A program made the translations under genes and the position numbers. From an uncultured Candidatus Entotheonella sp. (lineage in GTDB: Bacteria > Tectomicrobia > Entotheonellia > Entotheonellales > Entotheonellaceae): 64,000 nucleotides of DNA. The stretch spans positions 2,304,001-2,368,000 of the forward strand of contig OZ244252.1 in assembly GCA_965217185.1 (NCBI GenBank), written 5' to 3'. The notes beneath the pieces were generated by a model. It worked only from the letters and a program-made list of their open reading frames with translations. It searched no databases and had not been told where the DNA came from. Position 1 is the first letter of the stretch, and every line of letters starts with the position of its first letter. Positions 21,301 to 31,053 of the stretch are shown piece after piece.

Positions 21301-24300
21301 TTGGACAAAATGTGCAGCGTATTGCGATAGCGGCCGATGATATTTTCGGCTTGGGCTATTCTTTCTTCAAAGCCAGGATTATTGGGTATGGGAGCGGTAA
21401 GGTCGAGGCCAAACACGGTAATGCGAACATCGTGCCCGGTTTCCGCTTCAAGGGCCTGCGCTTTGTCCTTCAGACGTGTAACGAGTTCTTGAAACTTGAT
21501 CCGTTTCCGGGTTTCAGGGTGTCTCCAGTGATTCTTTCTTCCGTGGTAGGTCAGCAGCAGGCAACCGGCCTTGCAGTTTGCATGTCGCAAATACTTCCCC
21601 ATTAGTTGCTCTTGAAGTGCTTCCTCAAGTTGCTTCAATGTCCAGTGGTCTACAATCTTTACCTCAATAACGGTTTTCTGATTCCCATTGGTAGTCAAGA
21701 GTCGGATGTCGGTGCGCTTCCCATCGGCCACCTCTTCCTCCCGCGTTACTATGTAGGTGCCGTTCGCCTTCTCTCTGATCCGCCGGGCAAGCGTGCGCTG
21801 CATCTCCGATTCCGCGTCGATTCTCTGAACCGTTCGCCGGTCTGAGAAATCGTGGCGGGCGAGGTCATATTGGAGGTCATCCAGCCGATCTATCATGACG
21901 TCGAACAAACCGTCCCTGTCTTGGGGAGAAGCCTCATACCGGCTTTCCAATGCAATCACGTCCTCGGCCTCAAACAGTGGAAACTCAGCGTCGGTGGCCA
22001 CTCGTCGCCGAGCCAAGGAACGCAGGTGGTCAGACCTATTGACGAAATCTTGTTCTTGAGCCAACTGCAGGAGGACCCGACAGGTTTCGGCGCCAGGCGT
22101 ATCGCACAGCCACGAGAGCAGGAAGTGCCGAGCCGTCTGGGCATCGTCTCGCGCGTTCGGTCTATACGCCCCTTCGTGAACCTCATCGTCCTCCGGTCGG
22201 ACGAATACGTAGGCGTGGCGGACAAGTTGGCCAAGGAGACCGGCTCGCTGGACCGGCTCAATAGTCTCGAAATTCGCAGTGCTGTTCCCGTTGAAGAGTG
22301 TGCCAAACGCCCTGATCGCCCATTGCTGGGTGCTGGTGTCGACACCGTCCGGGAGTTGTGCGATCAATGCCTCCGTACCCCTCGCCGCATCGAACCGAAA
22401 CAGACCTCCGAGCCAATCTAGCGCCAGCGGCCCGGTTGGATCTGCCTTGAACCGTTTGGCGCACTCTCGCGCGGTTGCTTGGCACTTCGTCCCCTTATCT
22501 GCGCTGGCCAAAATTCGCAATACGTAATCAAGATGGTGCGCCCAATTCGGCGCGGCGTCCTTCGTGAAGGCCTCCGGCCACAATTCCAGTTCAGCTATCA
22601 GACGAGGGATGACAAGTCGCTTAAGGTTGCTGTCGGCGTAAGCAAGATTCTGGAGGGTTGACAGGTGACCGTGAGAACCCCCGACCCTCAATTCCGCACT
22701 CACTTCGCCACCAATTACCGTCTCCACCTCCTGGGGATGGAATTCCGCCAAATCCGAGATGAAGGGCGAGAAGCCGTTCAATTCGATGGTGGCGTAAGCC
22801 GTTGCCGTGCGGGCCTCGGCAGAGGACAAGGCAGCCGTCCAACCTGGCGTTGAGGCCTCTGCCAGGAGCCCCTGAAGTCCGTAAATCCAGTCATAGGGCG
22901 TACCACCTCTCGCGTCGGCCGGCCGCTCGGACCACAGTATTGGCACAGTGGCACGCCAGAATGCTCTTAACGCCGTCTCGGCGGAGTTAACAACCTTCGG
23001 GTCAAATGCCTCTGCCAGGGCCTCCCTGTCCCACAAGCCGTATCGATTCCGGCTTGGTTTGGCCGCACAGAGCCACCCGTAAAGGTTGTCCATAGTGACT
23101 CTCAGTTTTGCCGGCGAAAAGGCGCCAGCAGGGTCGGCTAGCGTTTCCACGCGCCATTTCTTCCAGCCTTCTAAACGCTGGGCTTCTTGGACGTCGCGAA
23201 CGCGGGCTTCATCTCGCCACTCCCGTTCCATCCTCTCGCGCTTTTCGTCTCGGTCGCTCGGCGCCGTACAATTCCTCAAAATTCGCCCCAGGTCCTCATC
23301 ACCCTTAAGTTTTTCGCGCATGGTTTCAAGGTCGGACGGGTCTTGTCCTCGTGCGCGCCAGATCCGAATGAGGGCATAAAGGGCAACGGCTCGTCGCTCT
23401 GGACGACTCTCGTCCGCGAGGGCTGTTTCGAGCCAAGGCCGGTCTGCATTGTCAAGGGAGCCTACAAGACTGTCGGTCGTCGCATAACGGAGCCGCACCC
23501 GAGCGTCGTCGGACGGGATGATTTCGTCCATCAATTCCAACTCGGCCCAGAAGGCATCATCCCGCCAGTTTGAGTTCGTATCGAAATGTTCTCTAAGTCT
23601 ACGAATCGGGCTTTGCCTGATCGATTGCTTGCCGTCGAATCGGGAAGCAATTACACAGGCGCGAATCAATTCTTTGGAAGGTCTGCCAGATGCCTCGGGT
23701 AATTGCCGTTCGCACAACATCGCGAGCGTCGGCGCAAGGTCGTCGAATTCGCTTCTGATATCGTGAAGTTCTTGCTCTTCCTCGCGTCCGCGCCAAACGA
23801 GGTCGACCAATCTTCCCCGCAGTTCGATGGCCTGCTCCGATCCAGGCTCGACGGCCTCGACCGCCTGCCGCAATAACCAATCAAAATTGCGAACCGTTTT
23901 GCCTGAGACACGGGACCGTTTCTCAATCAGCGTTGCAAGCTCTTCTGCTCCAATGATGTGCGGGAAAATATCTGACCCTACACCGAACACGATTTCGGCG
24001 GACCAAGACTCTGGATGAGCCAACATTTCGTTCGCAAGTTCCCGAACTCTGTCATTGCAACCGCAGGCAAGGAGCGCTCGAATTGCCGCAATGCGATTGC
24101 CGGCTTCCCAATCCGTGTTGCGGGCAGCGATATAAGCCAAATCCGCGCAACCTCGGACCGGTCCCTGCCAGATCAGTTGAAGCAGCAAGCCACGAACATC
24201 ATGGTTCGCCGGTTCGGTTTCCCAACACTCGCGTATGACAGGCGCGAGTGTTGGATGCGCAAGCCTGCGAACGTCGTTGATAAAGAACCTCGGAGCGCGC

Positions 24301-25754
24301 TCATCATTCTGACTGTACTGCCCTACGAATGCGCGGACGAGGTCCTTTCGCGCCGGAAGGGGAAGCGCTCCCGGATCGCCAAAGGAGATCAGCGTTTCGG
24401 GCTCCCGCTCGATCAATTCTTGCCGTACGGCGTCATCCCAGAGGGCTAGCCATGCAGTGATCGCACGCATTGAGGGAACCACAAGCTTGTAGCCGAACTG
24501 TTCCGCGAACAAGAGACGAAACAATGCCTTTGTGGACATGCCATCATCACGCAGCCGCCGCAGGCGACGAGCAGCGAGATACTCCTGAACAGAACGGTGG
24601 TGAAAGCGAATGCGTCCGTAGGTGGCGGGGTCGAAAAGAGCGCGCCGAAGAAGCGCCTGACGTTGCTCTTCGGTCCAGTCGGTGAGGATCTCGGCAGGAT
24701 TCAGAACGCCCTCCGTCGCATGGGTTACGGGCGCCTGCTCGGGTGATCGAATGGTGCGTTTGCGGGTTAGGGCCAAGGCGAGCGCAAGGCGTTCTGCGCC
24801 GAGGCGAGCCCTAGCATCAGAAAGAACGCCGCGGTCGCGCCGATCAGGGTCGTCCTCCAATTTGGCCGCGATGTTCCCCTCGTGCTGCTGTTCCCGAGTA
24901 CCGAGGCAACCCGAATTTGTCCACGCCGTGATCAGATCCCTCAAGTCCAAGGGCCGTTGTGCAAAGGTCAAGGCATCCTCTCGGTCGATTTCTTCAAGAA
25001 ACCCTGCCGCGTCGTTCACGCCGGATTGTTCCGCGAACAGCTTGATCTGCTTACCGTTCATCGGAAGCATTCTTACGATTCGCACGCCTTCCCAGTCCGC
25101 GGAGTCTTCGGTTTCGTCGGTACCAGGGCTCGTGTGGCCGAGGTCTTCCCTGAGCGCTTGGATGAATACTTCCTCAGATGGTTGAAGGGAAGCGCGGCGG
25201 TTACTACTCTGCGGGACCGGCAATGCTTTCCGGACCGTGTCCAAGTCGCCGATAGGGCGCCAGTCACTGGGACGACAGGAGATGATTACTCGGGCACGAT
25301 CCAGGAAATCATTCAGGTCCTTTGAGAGTCGATTAAGCGCTCGGCCGAGCTTTCCCCCGGTAAGCTTCAGCTCATCCACTGCGTCGAGGAAAAACCAAGC
25401 CGTTTCCTGGCCATTGGCTCTCCACCGTTTGAAGCTCTCCTCCTCGTCCGGCGAGAGGATGTGGACCACACGCTCTCGGTCCAGGTCATCCAGCGCCACG
25501 AAAAACGCGAACCTTCCCTCTTGAGCGAGGTGCTTCGCCTGTTCTTCCATCTCCTTGGTTTTCCCACTGCCCGCCTCCGCAAGAAGAACGACCCGCATAG
25601 ACTCCAACAACTTGGACCAGCCGAAACTCGGGCCGAATTCATGTTCACTGAACGAGACAAGATGCTCCGTCTCTTCGAGTTCAACGTCTTTTGGCACGTC
25701 GTGAAATTGCCGTTGGAGATCAACGAATTCCATCATGGGTGTCCCGTGCTCCAC
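21297..25754 (-). CDS. Large NACHT/STAND-like ATPase with C-terminal PD-(D/E)XK nuclease and antitoxin-like tail; putative anti-phage protein
   Basis: Walker A LLAEAGSGKT, Walker B FFLDAVDE, winged-helix motif RFHHRSVQEYLAA, long helical middle, REEEVADGKRTDI...VIEVK near the C-terminus. Codon usage differs from the flanking genes. Confidence 0.85.
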   Translation of the reverse strand: MEHGTPMMEFVDLQRQFHDVPKDVELEETEHLVSFSEHEFGPSFGWSKLLESMRVVLLAEAGSGKTKEMEEQAKHLAQEGRFAFFVALDDLDRERVVHILSPDEEESFKRWRANGQETAWFFLDAVDELKLTGGKLGRALNRLSKDLNDFLDRARVIISCRPSDWRPIGDLDTVRKALPVPQSSNRRASLQPSEEVFIQALREDLGHTSPGTDETEDSADWEGVRIVRMLPMNGKQIKLFAEQSGVNDAAGFLEEIDREDALTFAQRPLDLRDLITAWTNSGCLGTREQQHEGNIAAKLEDDPDRRDRGVLSDARARLGAERLALALALTRKRTIRSPEQAPVTHATEGVLNPAEILTDWTEEQRQALLRRALFDPATYGRIRFHHRSVQEYLAARRLRRLRDDGMSTKALFRLLFAEQFGYKLVVPSMRAITAWLALWDDAVRQELIEREPETLISFGDPGALPLPARKDLVRAFVGQYSQNDERAPRFFINDVRRLAHPTLAPVIRECWETEPANHDVRGLLLQLIWQGPVRGCADLAYIAARNTDWEAGNRIAAIRALLACGCNDRVRELANEMLAHPESWSAEIVFGVGSDIFPHIIGAEELATLIEKRSRVSGKTVRNFDWLLRQAVEAVEPGSEQAIELRGRLVDLVWRGREEEQELHDIRSEFDDLAPTLAMLCERQLPEASGRPSKELIRACVIASRFDGKQSIRQSPIRRLREHFDTNSNWRDDAFWAELELMDEIIPSDDARVRLRYATTDSLVGSLDNADRPWLETALADESRPERRAVALYALIRIWRARGQDPSDLETMREKLKGDEDLGRILRNCTAPSDRDEKRERMEREWRDEARVRDVQEAQRLEGWKKWRVETLADPAGAFSPAKLRVTMDNLYGWLCAAKPSRNRYGLWDREALAEAFDPKVVNSAETALRAFWRATVPILWSERPADARGGTPYDWIYGLQGLLAEASTPGWTAALSSAEARTATAYATIELNGFSPFISDLAEFHPQEVETVIGGEVSAELRVGGSHGHLSTLQNLAYADSNLKRLVIPRLIAELELWPEAFTKDAAPNWAHHLDYVLRILASADKGTKCQATARECAKRFKADPTGPLALDWLGGLFRFDAARGTEALIAQLPDGVDTSTQQWAIRAFGTLFNGNSTANFETIEPVQRAGLLGQLVRHAYVFVRPEDDEVHEGAYRPNARDDAQTARHFLLSWLCDTPGAETCRVLLQLAQEQDFVNRSDHLRSLARRRVATDAEFPLFEAEDVIALESRYEASPQDRDGLFDVMIDRLDDLQYDLARHDFSDRRTVQRIDAESEMQRTLARRIREKANGTYIVTREEEVADGKRTDIRLLTTNGNQKTVIEVKIVDHWTLKQLEEALQEQLMGKYLRHANCKAGCLLLTYHGRKNHWRHPETRKRIKFQELVTRLKDKAQALEAETGHDVRITVFGLDLTAPIPNNPGFEERIAQAENIIGRYRNTLHILSK

Positions 25755-25836
25755 TCCACCGCTGAGGGTTCATTTGGAGTTGTGATCATGGCTATGTATG
25801 GATGAGCGCTCGGGGAAAAGCCGTCAGGACTCTCGG

Positions 25837-26760
25837 TTACAGCGCTTGTAGGATGTCACCGGCGCCGTCGGCGTGCAACTGCGCGGCCAGGTATTCGCCG
25901 AGCGGTACGGCTTGGTCGAGGGGGCCGGTGATCTCCCGGCGCAGCGTGCGGCTGCCGTCGGGGCTGCTGACCAGGGCTTGCACGTGCAGGTGCTCGTCAT
26001 GGCACTGGCCGAGCACGGCGATGGGAACGCTACAGCCGCCGCCCAGATGTTGGAGCACGGTGCGCTCGGCGGCAACGGCGCTGGCCGTGGCGAAATCGTT
26101 CAATGGTGCCAACAGGTCGTCCACCCAATGCCCGGCTGCTGTTTCCAGTGCCAATGCGCCTTGGCCGGCGGGCGGCAGCATCATGTCGATGGGCAGCAAT
26201 TCGGTGATTTCCGACGCCAAGCCCAGGCGGGTCAGGCCCGCGGCCGCCAGCACCACGCCCTCGACGTCCCCCCGGCGCAGTTTGCGCAGCCGGGTGTCAA
26301 CGTTGCCGCGCAGGTCGCAGACCTGCAGCGCGTCGGAGAAGGCCCGCAACTGGGCCTGTCGACGCAGGCTGCTGGTGCCGATCCGCCACGGTCCGTCGAT
26401 TTGCGTCAGCCGCCGGCCGTCCTTACCGACGAAGGCGTCCCGCACCTCGGCGCGCGGCGGCACGGCGCTCACGTGCAGGCCGTCCGGCAGGTCTGTTGGC
26501 ATGTCTTTCATGCTGTGCACCGCGACCTCGATTTCCCCACGCAAGAGCGCCTCTTCGATGTCCTTGACGAACAGTCCCTTGCCGCCGATCTGCGGCAAGG
26601 GGTCGTGGCGGTTGCGGTCGCCCGCGGTTTTGATGACGACGATTTCGGTATGCAATCCGGCGTGGTGTTGTTGCAGGGCCGTTGCCACCCAGCGCGCTTG
26701 CCAGAGGGCCAGCGCACTGCCGCGGGTTCCGATACGGACGTGGGCGTTTGGGGGTATCAC
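25837..26760 (-). CDS. hemC: Hydroxymethylbilane synthase
   Basis: IGTRGSALALWQA, GGKGLFVKDIE, HSMKDMP, GTSSLRR, RGNVDTRL, GGCSVP. Confidence 0.98.
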   Translation of the reverse strand: MIPPNAHVRIGTRGSALALWQARWVATALQQHHAGLHTEIVVIKTAGDRNRHDPLPQIGGKGLFVKDIEEALLRGEIEVAVHSMKDMPTDLPDGLHVSAVPPRAEVRDAFVGKDGRRLTQIDGPWRIGTSSLRRQAQLRAFSDALQVCDLRGNVDTRLRKLRRGDVEGVVLAAAGLTRLGLASEITELLPIDMMLPPAGQGALALETAAGHWVDDLLAPLNDFATASAVAAERTVLQHLGGGCSVPIAVLGQCHDEHLHVQALVSSPDGSRTLRREITGPLDQAVPLGEYLAAQLHADGAGDILQAL

Positions 26761-28025
26761 GGCGAGGGGTCCAGATCGAAGAGATCGCGGATGAGTTGTG
26801 CCTCGTCCTGCGCCTGTCCGGCGCTCGCGCAGCGCTTCAGATGGACCGTCGGGGCGTGCAGGAATTTGTTGGTAATGGCCACCGTCAGGGCCTCGATCAC
26901 ACGGCGCTGCCGCTCGTCATGCGGTCCCAGTTTGGTGAGGGCTTTATCCAGTTCGCGCAGGCGTGTGGCTTCGGCCTGTTGCCGTAACGCCACGATGGTC
27001 GGCACCACGTCGCGGGTGGCGAGCCATTGCCGGAAGTGACGCACTTCCCGCCAGACCAGGTCCTCGGCGGCCAGCGCTTCCTGCTGGCGTTCGCGACGGT
27101 TCGCCGCCACGACGTTTTCCAGGCCATCGATGTCATAAAGAAAAACGTTTTCCAGCGCGTTGACCGCCGGGTCGATGTCGCGCGGCACGGCAATGTCGAT
27201 GAAAAACATGGCGCGCCCGCGCCGCGTTCGCATGGCTTCGTGCACCATGCCGGGCGTGATGACGAGGTTCGGGGCGCTGGTCGAGCTGACGACGATATCG
27301 GTCTGCGCCAAGTGTTCGGGGAAGTCGTCCCAGGGGATGGCCTTGGCGGAAAGGCTCTGCGCCAGTTTTTCGGCACGCGCCATCGTGCGGTTGGCCACGA
27401 AAACCTCTCCCACCCCCTGCCGGACGAAGTGGCGCGCGGCCAGTTCCGAGGTCTCGCCGGCGCCGAGGACCATGACGGTATGGCGCCGCAGGTCCTCGAA
27501 GATTTTTCTCGCCAATTGCACCGCGGCGTAGCTGACGGACACGGCGTGGTCGCTGATGCCCGTTTCGCTGCGGGCGGCCTTGGCGACATTGAAGGCGCGT
27601 TCAAAGAGGTGATGGAAGATGGTGCCGGTTCTGCCGGCATCGCGGGCAGCGTAGTAGGCGGACTTCACTTGCCCGAGGATCTGCGGCTCGCCGAGAACCA
27701 TGGAATCCAGGCTGGCGGCGACGCGAAACAAATGGCGCACCGCCTCCAACTCGTTCAGGTAGTAGAGGCAAGGGGCAAAGTCTTCTCGGGCCAGGGCATG
27801 GTAGGCGGCCAGGAAGCTCTCGCACCCTGAGTTGCAAGCCGCAACGTCACGGCCCTGCATGTAAAACTCGACCCGGTTGCAGGTTGACAGGATGACCAAC
27901 TCCTCGACCTCCGGCGCCCGGAACGTCGTCAGGGCATCGGCGAGCGCAGCGTCGGAAAACGCCAGGCGTTCTCGAACGGCCACCGGCGCCGTCGTGTGGT
28001 TGAGTCCAATCAAGGCAATTGCCAC
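26757..28025 (-). CDS. hemA: Glutamyl-tRNA reductase
   Basis: LSTCNRVE, SLDSMVLGEPQILGQ, GAGET, DIAVPRDID. Confidence 0.98.
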   Translation of the reverse strand: MAIALIGLNHTTAPVAVRERLAFSDAALADALTTFRAPEVEELVILSTCNRVEFYMQGRDVAACNSGCESFLAAYHALAREDFAPCLYYLNELEAVRHLFRVAASLDSMVLGEPQILGQVKSAYYAARDAGRTGTIFHHLFERAFNVAKAARSETGISDHAVSVSYAAVQLARKIFEDLRRHTVMVLGAGETSELAARHFVRQGVGEVFVANRTMARAEKLAQSLSAKAIPWDDFPEHLAQTDIVVSSTSAPNLVITPGMVHEAMRTRRGRAMFFIDIAVPRDIDPAVNALENVFLYDIDGLENVVAANRRERQQEALAAEDLVWREVRHFRQWLATRDVVPTIVALRQQAEATRLRELDKALTKLGPHDERQRRVIEALTVAITNKFLHAPTVHLKRCASAGQAQDEAQLIRDLFDLDPSP

Positions 28026-28054
28026 GCTTTGCGACCCTCCTCAGCCGTCTCTTT

Positions 28055-28843
28055 TCACAAGGCGTGAACGAAATAGGAGACGAGCACCACGACAAATCCC
28101 CCCACCGCGGCAAAAGCGGCTTTCTTGCCCCGCCATCCCAGCGCGAAACGGCCTGCCAGCAGCAGCGCGTATATCAGCCAGGCGAGCAGCAGGGGCAGCG
28201 ACGTGAGGCTCCAGTGCAGATAGGAGCCGTGCAGATACTTGGCCCACACGGAGCCGGTCACAATACCTTGGGTCAGCAGTGGAAAGCCCAAAATCAGTGC
28301 CCGCCCGTTCAAGTCGTCCAGTAGTGATAGCGACGGCAGGCGGTAGTACAGGGCGCCGGGGCGCTTCGACTTCAGTTGGTTTTCCTGCATGAGATACATC
28401 ACCCCGGCGCAAAACATCAGCGTCAGCGCCGCGTAGCCGAGCAGGGCCATAAATATATGAATACCCAACCACAAGTTGCGGAACGCCGCGGGCAAGGTTG
28501 TGGGTATGATTTCGGGCACACCCGACACCGCTGCGGCGAGGAACGCCAACGGGACGATGAAAGCGCCCAGCGCGTCAATGGGATAGCGCCATACGGTGAT
28601 CAGGTAAACGGCGATAATCGCCCAGGACAGTAACCCCAAATAGGCGTAGACATGGTCCCAAGAAAGGAATGTCTGGGTCCACAAGCGGTAGCCCAGCAAA
28701 ACGGTTTGCAGGACGAAGCCCCCCGCCAGCAGCCCGCTGGCGAACTGGTATATCCAGCGCCGACGGAGTCCGAGATGAAACCAGAAGGTGAGCGAAGCCA
28801 ACAGGTATGCGAGGAGGAGGACATGGAAAAGCAAGCTGTTCAT
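28055..28843 (-). CDS. Cytochrome c assembly (CcsA/HemX-like) membrane protein
   Basis: Multiple TM helices, WLGIHI, RLPSLSLLDDLN, GFPLLT.GIVTGSVWA, GWRGKKAA; sits in the usual position upstream of hemA. Confidence 0.88.
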   Translation of the reverse strand: MNSLLFHVLLLAYLLASLTFWFHLGLRRRWIYQFASGLLAGGFVLQTVLLGYRLWTQTFLSWDHVYAYLGLLSWAIIAVYLITVWRYPIDALGAFIVPLAFLAAAVSGVPEIIPTTLPAAFRNLWLGIHIFMALLGYAALTLMFCAGVMYLMQENQLKSKRPGALYYRLPSLSLLDDLNGRALILGFPLLTQGIVTGSVWAKYLHGSYLHWSLTSLPLLLAWLIYALLLAGRFALGWRGKKAAFAAVGGFVVVLVSYFVHAL

Positions 28844-28932
28844 TACATGCCACAGACAACGGACGGCGGCTATTTCCAAATCGCCGGCCGTGGTTCGGAA
28901 TGCATCACGTACAAGCCGAGTTAAGTTCTACA

Positions 28933-28962
28933 ATCATGCTTTGCCGCATCGAGCTTTGTCAA
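28933..28962 (-). promoter_or_regulatory. Possible promoter for ccsA-hemA-hemC
   Basis: Minus strand TTGACA (28962-28957), 18-nt spacer, CATGAT (28938-28933). Confidence 0.45.
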
Positions 28963-29098
28963 GCGAGGCTCATGGCCTTATCGTGAGCGGTGCCTCATGC
29001 ATCCCGTTAAATCGCCGCAGTTTCTCACAAGGGGACCGGGTGGGAGGTGGCGTGTCAGTAAATTCAAGAAATTCAGTATATTACAGGAATTATGAGGC

Positions 29099-29128
29099 TT
29101 GACACTTTTTCAGGAAATATGCTACGGT
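29099..29128 (+). promoter_or_regulatory. Probable promoter for the Pup-proteasome operon
   Basis: Perfect TTGACA (29099-29104), 18-nt spacer, extended -10 TGc-TACGGT, within an AT-rich intergenic region; RBS AGGAGG at 29185-29190. Confidence 0.6.
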
Positions 29129-29200
29129 AGGCGCCCCACATAGAAGGGTGGAAGGATTTGCCTGAGCACTGTTTGAATGGGAGAAGGAGGGCGGGTTCCC

Positions 29201-31027
29201 ATGGAAGACTTCCCGGGCAAGAGAGAAGGAAAGAAATCCATTCGCGACACGGTGCGTACGTTCTCCATTGACACGCTTCGCTCACAAGCCTCCGTTCGGA
29301 GCAAACTCATCCAATACGAGCTGGAGATCAAGGATCTGCGAGAGAAGATTCGGCACGTCCAGCACAATTCCGAGCACGTCGAACGGCATCTGGAGAAGAC
29401 GCTTGGTCATTACGAAGCACTCAAACGCAAATACCATCAGGTCGTTGAGCAGTTGGGGCAGGGCAGGCGGCAGAACGAGAAACTGGTGCACACGCTTCGG
29501 GAGGCGAAGGAGAACATCAGCACCCTGAAGAAAGAGGTGGAGAAGCTGTGCATGCCGCCGAACAGCTACGGCGTGTTCCGGCAGCGCAACAAGGACGGCA
29601 CCATCGACCTGGACCTCGACGGGCGGCACTTGCGTGTCAACATTCATCCCAAGCTGGAATTCTGTGAATTTTCCCCCGGTCAACTCCTCGTTCTGAACGA
29701 ATCCCTGAATGTCATCGAAGTGGGCGAATACGAAAACCGCGGCGAGGTGGTGCGCCTGCTGGACCGGCTCGATGACAGCCGTGTGCTGGTGATTGGCCGT
29801 GCGGACGAAGAGCGGGTGGTCATGCTGGCCGAATACATGCGCGACGTGCATCTGGACGTGGGGGACAATCTGCTTTTGGAGCCGCGCTCCAGTTACGTGC
29901 TGGAAAAGCTGCCCAAGTCCCAGGTTGAGGAGGTCGTCCTCGAAGAGGTGCCGGACGTGTCCTACGACGACATCGGCGGCCTCGACGAGCAGATCGGCGA
30001 GCTGCGCGACGGTATCGAATTGCCGTATTTGTATCCCGATGAGTTTCGTGAGCACCGCCTGCGGCCGCCGAAAGGCGTGCTGTTGTACGGCCCGCCCGGT
30101 TGCGGTAAGACACTGATTGCCAAGGCGGTCGCCAACAGCTTGGCACAGAAGCTGTCGGAGCGCACCGGCGTCGAGGCGCGTAGTTACTTCCTCAACATCA
30201 AAGGCCCGGAACTGCTCAACAAATACGTCGGCGAGACCGAATCCAAAATTCGCGAGGTGTTCAACAAGGCGCGCGAAAAGGCGAACGAAACGACACCCGT
30301 CATCGTGTTCTTTGACGAAATGGACGCTCTGTTCCGGGTGCGCGGCTCGGGTATTTCGTCCGATGTGGAAATCACCGTGGTGGCGCAATTTCTATCCGAA
30401 CTCGACGGTTTGGAATCATTGGAAAACGTCATCATTATCGGCGCCAGCAACCGCCAGGATTTGATTGATCCGGCGGTCTTGCGGCCCGGCAGGCTCGACA
30501 TCAAGATCAAGGTCGACCGCCCCGGCAAGGCCGCCGCCAGAGATATCTTCTCCAAATACCTGGTGCCCGACCTGCCGTTGCACGAAGACTTGATGCGGCA
30601 GTGGAACGGTGACCGGCAAGCGGCGGTGGCGTGGCTGATCGAGCAGGCCTGCGAACACATGTACAGCACCCACGACGAGAACCGCTTCCTGGAAGTGACG
30701 TACGCCAAGGGTGACCGCGAAGTGTTCTACTTCAAGGATTTTGCCAGCGGCGCGATGATTGAAAACATCGTCGCACGGGCCAAGAAGAAGGCTCTCAAAC
30801 GTTACCTGGCGACGCAGAAGAAAGGGCTCAAGCCCGAGGACCTGATCGATGCCGTCAAGGGGGAATTCAAGGAGAACGAGGACCTCCCCAACACGACGAA
30901 CCCCGACGATTGGGCGCGCATCTCGGGCACCAAGGGTGAAAGGATCGTCAACATCCGGACCTTGATCGGCTCGACAGCGCCGCGTGCGCAGCCGGTCGAG
31001 GACATCGCGCCGGGTCAATATCTCTGA
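29201..31027 (+). CDS. arc: Proteasome-associated AAA ATPase ARC/Mpa
   Basis: N-terminal coiled coil, PPNSYG, OB domains, [30 protein letters not shown]-terminal GQYL proteasome-docking motif. Confidence 0.97.
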   Translation: MEDFPGKREGKKSIRDTVRTFSIDTLRSQASVRSKLIQYELEIKDLREKIRHVQHNSEHVERHLEKTLGHYEALKRKYHQVVEQLGQGRRQNEKLVHTLREAKENISTLKKEVEKLCMPPNSYGVFRQRNKDGTIDLDLDGRHLRVNIHPKLEFCEFSPGQLLVLNESLNVIEVGEYENRGEVVRLLDRLDDSRVLVIGRADEERVVMLAEYMRDVHLDVGDNLLLEPRSSYVLEKLPKSQVEEVVLEEVPDVSYDDIGGLDEQIGELRDGIELPYLYPDEFREHRLRPPKGVLLYGPPGCGKTLIAKAVANSLAQKLSERTGVEARSYFLNIKGPELLNKYVGETESKIREVFNKAREKANETTPVIVFFDEMDALFRVRGSGISSDVEITVVAQFLSELDGLESLENVIIIGASNRQDLIDPAVLRPGRLDIKIKVDRPGKAAARDIFSKYLVPDLPLHEDLMRQWNGDRQAAVAWLIEQACEHMYSTHDENRFLEVTYAKGDREVFYFKDFASGAMIENIVARAKKKALKRYLATQKKGLKPEDLIDAVKGEFKENEDLPNTTNPDDWARISGTKGERIVNIRTLIGSTAPRAQPVEDIAPGQYL

Positions 31028-31053
31028 GGCTGAGCGGGCATCGTGGAGGCGGC

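Noticed and set aside
29053..29075. PafBC-type promoter motif upstream of arc
   Set aside because: TGTCAG is present but is not followed by TA-N3-T at the expected spacing, and pafBC is absent from the window.
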